From positions 1 to 54,341 of the forward strand of contig DUCT01000257.1 of assembly GCA_012959665.1 (NCBI GenBank): 54,341 nt of DNA. The letters run 5' to 3'. This document shows, piece by piece, positions 19,320-26,390 of the stretch. The number at the start of each line of letters is the position of its first letter. The stretch's first letter is position 1. The stretch is from Myxococcales bacterium. Its GTDB lineage: Bacteria; Myxococcota_A; UBA9160; UBA4427. The position numbers and the translations under genes were made by a program. The notes below the pieces were generated by a model. It worked only from the letters and a program-made list of their open reading frames with translations. It did not search any database and was not told the DNA's origin.

Positions 19320-20264
19320 CTAGTCGGCCCTCAAAGACAGCATCGGGCCCTGTCCTTCGCCTTCCACGACTTCGAATTTTCTCTCGGCGCAAACCAGCCG
19401 GACCCCCGTCGAACCCACCTGCCCTCCCAGGACGCGGCCCAGGGGTTCGCGATTGGAACCCGGTTCGGAAAGTGACCAGGCCCTTAGGCTTTCCCGGGCC
19501 GATTCCGACCCTCCGGCCAGCAACGGGCCCTCCTGGGCTCGCTCCCCATGGCAGGCCTCCCGGCTGAAGTGGACCGCCCCCCGCTGGCCCGCGCGATCGG
19601 CCAACAAAATCGTTCCCTCCCCCGACACCGGACGGTCCAGGCACCAGCCCATGCCGGCTTCGACATCTTCAAAGCGTTGCAGGCATTCCTGGACCAGCAA
19701 ACCAACCGACGCACAGCCTGCACTGGGCGAATCCGGCTCGACCACAGGAGGGGATGAATCGGCTCGGCCCGGGACAATGCAGGCTGCCAACCCGGTCTCG
19801 TTGATGCCCGCCAGAGCGGAGACGCTCCAGGGTTGGGTCACCTCGAGGGATGAGAAGCCGACCTCTGGCCGACTTCTTCGCACCAACCCGGGAGAGCCCG
19901 CGAGAGCCCACACAAGGCTGGCACCCGGCGCACCCTCCAGTTCCATGGCGCATAGCCCCAGAGCATCCCCTTTTTCGTTCCCTGGGTTCTCCTGGAGCCG
20001 TAGAAGAGAATCAACGGGAATCCCCGCGCCACGCGCTAGGCCGTCGGCGCGCTCGGATAGATGCGTAAAGTGACGAATCATTTCCCGGGGACGCCCGGAC
20101 CCGCGGACGCTTCCACTTGCAAACGCCGAAAGGCTGGGCCATCGACTGCGCCGCGCCGACAGCCCGGCCTGATCGGCCTGCTGACGAATCACGCTGCGCA
20201 GGGCGAGACCCTGCTCAAAGCCCAGGTCCCGGGGGTGCCCCTTGCACTCGATCAGATTCCACAT
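19320..20264 (-). CDS. Hypothetical protein, possibly a peptidase C45 / acyl-CoA:6-APA acyltransferase-like Ntn hydrolase
   Basis: Weak motif resemblance only: KGHPRDLGFEQGLALRSVI at the N-terminus, LAGINETGLAACIV and LLVQECLQRFEDVEAGMGW. Confidence 0.4.
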   Translation of the reverse strand: MWNLIECKGHPRDLGFEQGLALRSVIRQQADQAGLSARRSRWPSLSAFASGSVRGSGRPREMIRHFTHLSERADGLARGAGIPVDSLLRLQENPGNEKGDALGLCAMELEGAPGASLVWALAGSPGLVRRSRPEVGFSSLEVTQPWSVSALAGINETGLAACIVPGRADSSPPVVEPDSPSAGCASVGLLVQECLQRFEDVEAGMGWCLDRPVSGEGTILLADRAGQRGAVHFSREACHGERAQEGPLLAGGSESARESLRAWSLSEPGSNREPLGRVLGGQVGSTGVRLVCAERKFEVVEGEGQGPMLSLRAD

Positions 20265-20326
20265 GGCAGGCCTCGATGCGGTTCACTCACCAAAGAGGGC
20301 GGGGCAAGAGCAGGCGTTCCCGGCAT

Positions 20327-21334
20327 CTATTTGGCCGAGGGAAGGACTGGCAAGCCAAAATCGACCCGCACTTGACTGCCGGGCCCGGTGTTACTGAGTG
20401 CTTCATTGCTGAGCGCTTCATGACTGAGCGCTTCATGACTGAGCGCTTCATTGCTAAGCGCTTCATTGCTAAGCGCTTCATTGAGAGAGCCCATGCGGTA
20501 GCCCTCAAGGTCAAGACAGACCCACTTGAAACCCAGGGGCTTGATGACCTTTGCGATGTTCCGCATCAACTCTGGGGAAATGCCCCCTTGGCACTCGGCG
20601 GGGTCGATTTCGATGCGAGCAATCTCACCATGATGACGCAACCGGACTTGGCGCAGCCCCAAGTCTCGCAGCAAACCCTCTCCGCGGTCCACCTGGCTCA
20701 GCCTTTCGGCCGTCACTTCGGTTCCATAGGGAAGGCGCGACGCCAAGCAGGCCGAGGCGGGAAGATTCCAGCAAGGCAAACCCGCCCGCTGGGAAAGCGT
20801 CCGAATCTCCTGCTTGGAAAGGCCCGCCGCCAACAGCGGCGAGAGAACTTGGTGTTCTTCGGCGGCCCGGTGCCCAGGACGAAAATCCCCCCGGTCGTCG
20901 GTGTTGATCCCATAGGCGAGGGCATCGAATCCGAGCTCACCGAGCAGATCATCCATCCGTGAGAAGAGTTCGCTTTTGCAGTGGTAGCAACGGTCGGGCG
21001 CATTGCGTCGATACTCAACGCTCTCCATTTCATGGGTTGAGACGAAGCGATGAGGAATATCGAAATCGCGAACGATGTCCTCGGCCATGGCCCGATGGCT
21101 CGCGGGGTAGGACGGCGAAACCGCCGTCACGGCGAGGCAGTCATCTCCCAAAGCACGACGAGCCGCCCACGCGAGATAGCTGGAATCCACGCCTCCGGAG
21201 AAAGCGACCAGCAGGCGGCCCCGGCCGCGCAAATCGTCAAGAAGCGTGCGCTCTTTGTTCTGGAGCTCTGGGCTCAGGGAATGCATCGGGTCAGGGTAAA
21301 AGCCCTCCGAGATGAGGTCAAGCGGGTGCCTCAC
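20327..21334 (-). CDS. larE: LarE-type PP-loop ATP-dependent sulfur transferase with a roughly 50-aa C-terminal extension made of (NEALS)n repeats
   Basis: PP-loop VAFSGGVDSSYL, CYHCK and ACLASRLPYG. The body ends near GYRMGSLNEAL and is followed by SNEALSNEALSHEALSHEALSNEALSN. Confidence 0.8.
   Translation of the reverse strand: MRHPLDLISEGFYPDPMHSLSPELQNKERTLLDDLRGRGRLLVAFSGGVDSSYLAWAARRALGDDCLAVTAVSPSYPASHRAMAEDIVRDFDIPHRFVSTHEMESVEYRRNAPDRCYHCKSELFSRMDDLLGELGFDALAYGINTDDRGDFRPGHRAAEEHQVLSPLLAAGLSKQEIRTLSQRAGLPCWNLPASACLASRLPYGTEVTAERLSQVDRGEGLLRDLGLRQVRLRHHGEIARIEIDPAECQGGISPELMRNIAKVIKPLGFKWVCLDLEGYRMGSLNEALSNEALSNEALSHEALSHEALSNEALSNTGPGSQVRVDFGLPVLPSAK
20394..20483. repeat. In-frame 15-bp x 6 tandem array (CTRAGYGCTTCATKR) inside the 3' end of larE
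   Basis: Units lie at 20394, 20409, 20424, 20439, 20454 and 20469. On the coding (minus) strand the unit reads AAT GAA GCG CTT AGC = NEALS. Confidence 0.97.
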
Positions 21335-21410
21335 AAGGGTAGGATCAGGGTCCCGGGCTCTCTTCCCCCCGCCGGGAGTCAGCTATGCTGATCCCGATGG
21401 GGAATGGAGC

Positions 21411-22559
21411 ATGAAGCTACGCGTCGGGTTGGTCTTCGGCGGCCGCTCAGTGGAGCACGAGGTTTCGGTTTCTTCGGCCCGCTCTATTCACAGGGCCCTG
21501 GATCGAGAGCGCTACGACGTTTCCCTCGTCGAGGTCGACCGCTCGGGTCACTGGCACCTCCGGGACCCCGACCACTTCGAGACCGATCAATCGGGCAAGG
21601 GGCAGGAAGTCACTCTCGCCCCTGTGCCCGGCGCGGCCACCCTCTTCCCCCTTTCGGCGGCGGCCGTTCCGGGCTCCTCGGACCCCGCCATCGCACTCGA
21701 CGTGATCTTTCCGATTATCCATGGCCGCGGTGGAGAGGACGGAGCACTCCAGGGACTGCTCGAGCTGAAGGAAATCGCCTACGTGGGATCCGGGGTCCTG
21801 GGCTCGGCGGTCCAGATGGACAAGGACATCGCCAAAAAATTGCTCGCCCATGCAGGCATCCCCGTCTTGCCGTGGCTGAGCTTTCGGCGACACGAACTCG
21901 AAGGCCAAGGCATGCAGCGCGCGGTGGAGGCCGTCGCCGAGTCTCTCGCCTATCCGGTTTTCGTCAAGCCGGCCAACTCCGGATCGTCTGTCGGCATCAA
22001 CAAAGCGCGAAATGCCGATGAACTTATCTCGGGGATTCGCGAGGCCATGGCCCACGACGACAAGTTGATCGTGGAGCGCGGAATCGACGCTCGCGAAATC
22101 GAAGTCGCAGTGCTGGGCGACACTTCCCCAGAGGCTTCGGTACCCGGAGAAATCCTTCCGAACCATGAGTTTTACGACTACGCCGCCAAATACCTGGACG
22201 ATGCGACGGAACTTCTGATTCCCGCGCCCCTGTCCGAGGAAGAGAGTCGCTCTCTCCGCCAGGTCGCCCTTGAGGCCTTCCGCACAGTCGAGGCCGCAGG
22301 CCTGGCGCGAGTCGACTTTCTCATGGACCGTGCGACAGGGAAGGCCTACGTGAATGAGTTGAACAGCCTGCCCGGGTTCACCGACGGTTCCATGTATTCA
22401 CGGCTCTGGGAAGCCACCGGCGTCCCCTACCCGAAACTGCTGGACCGCATGATCGACCTGTCTCTCGAGAGACATCAAAGCCAGAGCCGGTTGCAACGCA
22501 GTTCTCGGCTGGATACCCCGGACTCTACTGGCCGGCACTCGCCTCGTAGAAATTCCTAG
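21411..22559 (+). CDS. ddl: D-alanine--D-alanine ligase
   Basis: MKLRVGLVFGGRSVEHEVSVSSA, IHGRGGEDGALQGLLE, VFVKPANSGSSVG and NELNSLPGFT. ATG at 21411. Confidence 0.92.
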   Translation: MKLRVGLVFGGRSVEHEVSVSSARSIHRALDRERYDVSLVEVDRSGHWHLRDPDHFETDQSGKGQEVTLAPVPGAATLFPLSAAAVPGSSDPAIALDVIFPIIHGRGGEDGALQGLLELKEIAYVGSGVLGSAVQMDKDIAKKLLAHAGIPVLPWLSFRRHELEGQGMQRAVEAVAESLAYPVFVKPANSGSSVGINKARNADELISGIREAMAHDDKLIVERGIDAREIEVAVLGDTSPEASVPGEILPNHEFYDYAAKYLDDATELLIPAPLSEEESRSLRQVALEAFRTVEAAGLARVDFLMDRATGKAYVNELNSLPGFTDGSMYSRLWEATGVPYPKLLDRMIDLSLERHQSQSRLQRSSRLDTPDSTGRHSPRRNS

Positions 22560-22613
22560 GGCTGGAATTCCCAGGGCTGAAACTCCTGGGGTTGAAAGTC
22601 GCAGGGCTGGAAA
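22554..22613. repeat. Degenerate 15-bp x 4 tandem array (TCCYRGGGYTGRAAN) starting on the ddl stop codon
   Basis: Units are TCCTAGGGCTGGAAT, TCCCAGGGCTGAAAC, TCCTGGGGTTGAAAG and TCGCAGGGCTGGAAA. The ddl TAG stop is at 22557-22559. Confidence 0.85.
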
Positions 22614-22636
22614 TCCTCGTCGCGCCCGCCTCGGGG

Positions 22637-24208
22637 CTATTCCTGCCACTGGCCTCCACTCTTGGCCCGCTCAGCCTCGGCTTTTTTACGAGCGGCCTCG
22701 TTTCCCTCCACGGGGGTCCTCATGTAGCCCAGGGCACGCAATTGGGCGCGCATCATCTCATCCAGTTCAACCTCGGGAACTTCCCAGCCCTGCTTCGGGC
22801 GGGCCAGGAACTCTTCGACCTCGCGACTGAACTCAGCCACTCTCTCCGGATTGTTCTGTCCGATATTTTCCTGCTCGCCGGGATCGGCGCTGTGATCGAA
22901 AAGTTCAACCGCTTCGGGCTCCTGGGTGGAATAGAGGAACCTGTAGGGCTCGCGACGGAGGGAAATGATTTCGTCCAAGCCATCTCCCCTCCCGCCCCAG
23001 TGTCGATCGAGTTGGGCGAAAAGCGTCCTGCCTTCCAATTCCGTCGGCTTGGTGCCGGCCCCCGCGGCTGCCAGGACCAGGGGGAGCAGCGATTTTCCTT
23101 CGGCATGGGAAAGTGCAGGCAGGCCCAGCAGGTCGAGGACGGTCGGCCAGATATCCAAGTTCGCAACCGGCTCCTCGACAACCACTCCTCCCTCAATGGC
23201 AAAGGGGGGCACGACGATCAGGGGAACGCTCTGCACTTCCCAGTATAGATTGCGGGCGTGTCCCTCACCGCCATGTTCGAAGAATGCCTCGCCATGGTCC
23301 GATGCGATCACAATCACCGTCTTGTCAAGAACCCCGTCGGCCCGAAGGCTGTCCACAAGCACGCCGACATTCTGATCCACCCAGTGCAGCGCACTGTCGT
23401 AGATGTCCGAGAAAGAGCTGCCGTATTCGGGCGCCGCCTCGTTGTAGAGGTACTGGTGAACATCCATGTAATGCAAATAGAGAAAGAACCTCTGATCGCG
23501 ATTGCCAGTCAGGAACTCCACCCCGGCCTGGGTCGCATCAAAGTCCGTGCCTACAAGCCGATGGCTCGATGGACTGTGACTGCGAGCCCCATTGGTGGGC
23601 CGGTTGGGCGTGGGCCGATAGTAGAGATCAAAACCTCGATCAAAACCGAAATTGTTGGCCACCCAGCCGTTACGCCAAATTCCGGCCGTTCGAAATCCGT
23701 TTTCTTGAAGGATCTCTGCGGGCAAGCTGACTTCATCGGGCAGGGCATGGGAAAACCGCGACACCCCCGTCTGCTCCGGCGAGATCCCAGTCCAAAGAGA
23801 AGCCATCGAAGCCTTGGTCCAACTCGACTGGGCTTCCACATTCTCGAATCGGATTCCCCGGGCCGCCAGCGCATCAATATTCGGCGTCGTCTGCCGCTGA
23901 TATCCGTAGGCGCTCAATCGGTCTGCCCGAAGCGTGTCGATCACTATAAAGAGAACATTCAGGTCCTCGCGGTCGCCCAAGGACGCAAGATCTTCTGCCC
24001 TACCCTTGGGTACCTCGCCGCCAACTCGCTCGAACTGGGACAAAACGGCCACGAGGAGTAGGACGCCCGCCAGGGCGAAGTAAAGCCAGGGTGAATCGCG
24101 CCACTTGCGGAGAAACACGCTTTCGAACCTCCATCGCCTCTGGGGCCCCCCGGACAAAGTTTGGGGCTTTCGAGTCAGTCGATTAACAAAAGCCACAGCC
24201 CAGAGCAA
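22637..24208 (-). CDS. Membrane-anchored sulfatase-fold (alkaline phosphatase superfamily) protein lacking the Cys/Ser-x-Pro-x-Arg motif
   Basis: One N-terminal TM, metal-site LFIVIDTLRADRLSAYGY and IASDHGE. The nucleophile region reads SSWTKASMASLWTG. The C-terminal region carries LRALGY. Confidence 0.8.
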   Translation of the reverse strand: MLWAVAFVNRLTRKPQTLSGGPQRRWRFESVFLRKWRDSPWLYFALAGVLLLVAVLSQFERVGGEVPKGRAEDLASLGDREDLNVLFIVIDTLRADRLSAYGYQRQTTPNIDALAARGIRFENVEAQSSWTKASMASLWTGISPEQTGVSRFSHALPDEVSLPAEILQENGFRTAGIWRNGWVANNFGFDRGFDLYYRPTPNRPTNGARSHSPSSHRLVGTDFDATQAGVEFLTGNRDQRFFLYLHYMDVHQYLYNEAAPEYGSSFSDIYDSALHWVDQNVGVLVDSLRADGVLDKTVIVIASDHGEAFFEHGGEGHARNLYWEVQSVPLIVVPPFAIEGGVVVEEPVANLDIWPTVLDLLGLPALSHAEGKSLLPLVLAAAGAGTKPTELEGRTLFAQLDRHWGGRGDGLDEIISLRREPYRFLYSTQEPEAVELFDHSADPGEQENIGQNNPERVAEFSREVEEFLARPKQGWEVPEVELDEMMRAQLRALGYMRTPVEGNEAARKKAEAERAKSGGQWQE

Positions 24209-24335
24209 CGGTTCGGAGCGAAGGGGTCAAATGAGGGAGAACGCCCCCCCACTCAGGGAAACGACCGCCGCGAAGCCTGCGAATCCCTCGGCCCCTCTGG
24301 GAGCAAGCCTCTTCGGCGAACCCAGCCGCCCCAAA

Positions 24336-24370
24336 GAAAAAGCGGCCACCCACTTGAGTGGGTGGCCGCT
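24336..24370 (-). terminator. Rho-independent terminator downstream of the PEP-CTERM gene
   Basis: 13-bp perfect stem AGCGGCCACCCAC / GTGGGTGGCCGCT with a 4-nt loop. On the minus strand it is followed by TTTTT (plus-strand AAAAA at 24336-24340). It lies 32 nt after the stop at 24402. Confidence 0.85.
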
Positions 24371-24401
24371 TGATTCTACGCCGGAGCGTCTGACCCTAAG
24401 A

Positions 24402-25430
24402 TCAGTTCTTCATGCGCTTGCGGCCAAGAGCCACCAGGCCCGCTGCACCCGAAACCAGCAGCAAAACCGTGCCGGGCTCAGGAACGAACTTGAAGGTCTG
24501 GGTGAAAACGCCCGGGATAACGCCACTACCGAGCGGCCCAGTGTCGATCCGCGTGGGCGAGATCATCGTCACGGTACCGCCTACGGCGCTGGAGGCGAGA
24601 TTGTTGGTTCCGCTGAGGTTCGCGGTCTTCCGGGTCAAAACTGCTCCGCCTCCCGTACTAAAGAAACCGCCCAGGGTCGAGAGAGCCATGGCGCTAGCTC
24701 CTTCAATCTCCGTCAGTTTCAATTCAATTCCAATACCCGTTGCACCCCCGAGAGGACCGGGGCCTCCCGGTCGTGCGGGAACGGAGAGCACATTGGTCGT
24801 AAGGCCAGTAAGCTGAACCTTGCCGGTGACCCAGGGACCGCCCGTCGCGACGATCACATTCGCAGGGCCGCCGATTGTTACGCTGTCCTGCCCACCCAGG
24901 CCAATCGCACCCATGGGGAAAGGAATGGATCCGACAATGCTATTCAGGATAATGGCGCCACTGAAGGTGCCCGAGGTCGCCGCCCCACCCGCTCCCAGGC
25001 AGCCCGTTGCGCAGAGCGTATCCGAGCCGGCCGAGAAATTGGGGTTGAGAGCGGTCAAACCGCCGCCCCAGGGATTATTTGAAGCCACACCGCTCGCAAA
25101 GTTGCCCGTGTAAGTCGCTGCGTTGTTGGTCGCGGTCAGGGTCATGTTCACCAAGAGGGCAACGCCGGTCAGCAACGATGTCCCCGCCGTGATTCCAGAT
25201 CCCTGGAAAAGGCCAGCACTCGTCGTAATATCGTGGCCAACGATGCCATTGGTCAGTGTCGCCCCAGCACCCCCTGCGTAAGTCCCGGTAATCGTGATCG
25301 TCGGGAGAGCCGCAAGATTCACTTTGAAGGAACTGCCACCCGGAATCAAGACCGACGCAGTACTCGTCCCGGCGAGCAGTCCGCAGATTACCGTCACCGT
25401 GATGAAACTAGCTAATTTCTTTAACATCAT
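24402..25430 (-). CDS. Secreted Gly/Thr/Ser-rich protein with a C-terminal PEP-CTERM sorting domain (exosortase substrate type)
   Basis: N-terminal signal peptide (MMLKKLASFITVTVICGLLAGTSTA). The C-terminus is FVPEPGTVLLLVSGAAGLVALGRKRMKN, that is PEP motif, TM helix and basic tail. SD AAGGGG lies upstream. Confidence 0.9.
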   Translation of the reverse strand: MMLKKLASFITVTVICGLLAGTSTASVLIPGGSSFKVNLAALPTITITGTYAGGAGATLTNGIVGHDITTSAGLFQGSGITAGTSLLTGVALLVNMTLTATNNAATYTGNFASGVASNNPWGGGLTALNPNFSAGSDTLCATGCLGAGGAATSGTFSGAIILNSIVGSIPFPMGAIGLGGQDSVTIGGPANVIVATGGPWVTGKVQLTGLTTNVLSVPARPGGPGPLGGATGIGIELKLTEIEGASAMALSTLGGFFSTGGGAVLTRKTANLSGTNNLASSAVGGTVTMISPTRIDTGPLGSGVIPGVFTQTFKFVPEPGTVLLLVSGAAGLVALGRKRMKN

Positions 25431-26390
25431 CGTTGTCCCCTTGTCGCTGTCTCTGAGTCCCTAAGCGGAGCCTCATGAGAAATTAAATAGTTGTCTGTTG
25501 ATGTTGGTTGATGTCGATGCGGTTCTATTGATTCGATCTGGTTCGATCTGATTCGGTCCTAATGCGATAGATATTGATGCTGTCAGTTCACTCGGTCAAT
25601 TTAAACTTTCGAATTTTCTACAGATCTCTCAGGCGGAAGCCCTCTCCACACTAAGTCTCCTAAGGATTATGGTCAGGAACGGTCCCGGTTGTCCAGCCAT
25701 TTTGATGCTCCCAGCACAATTTTTATCATTTAGTACGGGCGTTTATTCGCGCTCTCGCTGAACAAATGAGCGCTCAATTGCAGCTCCGATCTCTCGGGGA
25801 AGGTCAGCTCGGAACCGGGACTATCTCGTGAAAACGAACTGTACCCGTCCTGCAGTGCGACCCTCTGGGGAGTTCCGTCGGTATTTTAATATTTACGACC
25901 CTCTTGCCACCGCCTAAGCCCGCTCTTGCCGCCCTCCTCCCGGCCGATTGCACTCGTTTTCCGGAGCCCCCACCCTAATTGATACGGAATACACGGCCCG
26001 CGGTGCCCCGCCCCCAAGGATCGGATTTTTCAACTCTCTCGCTTGAGAGTGCTCTCTACGGAGCCGAAGAGGCAGGGAAAAGGCAGCCGGAAGGCCCCCC
26101 CCTCGATCGATCGAAGAGATCTGGGATCGGGCACTCACTAATCGGGCTCGGGTAAGGAGGACCATTTTGCGGAACGCACCCGCGCGCTTCACGGCATCAA
26201 GACATCCTCGGCCGGGGTTCTGCCGCTATCCATCCATCGGGTATCCATCGGGTATCCATCGGGACCACTTGGAAGGAAACGGTTCGCACCCTAAGCTGCG
26301 AGGTCCCCGCGAGGGAGCGACTACACTTGGCGGGACTTGGCGGGCAATGACCTGAATAGGGTCAACCCATTTGGAGGCCCTTGAGCGCCC
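25431..26390. promoter_or_regulatory. 960-bp divergent intergenic region between the PEP-CTERM gene and the first TPR lipoprotein gene
   Basis: The section 25441-25760 is markedly AT-richer than its surroundings. Short tandem repeats lie at 25531-25556 (10 bp), 26232-26264 (11 bp x3) and 26325-26344 (10 bp x2). A 12-bp palindrome TCGATCGATCGA lies at 26103-26114. No promoter consensus recognised. Confidence 0.5.

Noticed and set aside
22398-22649. 83-aa minus-strand ORF and 218-aa plus-strand ORF (22592-23248) overlapping the 15-bp repeat region.
   Set aside because: The first is generated by the in-phase 15-bp repeats and by the antisense of the ddl 3' end. The second is antisense to the sulfatase-fold gene. 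Neither has a supporting RBS or domain.
25531-25556. A GGTTCGATC motif reminiscent of a tRNA T-arm.
   Set aside because: It is part of a 10-bp tandem repeat. No acceptor, D or anticodon stems can be drawn around it.
26167-26355. 62-codon ORF preceded by GGTAAGGAGG with ideal spacing to a TTG start.
   Set aside because: Third-position GC is clearly lower than in neighbouring genes. The product (MRNAPARFTASRHPRPGF...) is basic low-complexity sequence that reads through an 11-bp DNA repeat. A few AAGGAGG matches are expected by chance in 54 kb. It is kept only as a note in the regulatory-region finding.
25431-26390. A sigma-54 (-24 GG / -12 GC) promoter upstream of the PEP-CTERM gene or of the TPR lipoprotein gene.
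   Set aside because: I scanned both strands by eye. The nearest candidates (TGAGCG-N5-TTGCA at about 25767-25782, and CTGGGAGCATCAAAATGGC on the minus strand at about 25700-25720) lack the invariant GG or the correct spacing. A promoter may still exist, but I cannot support one.
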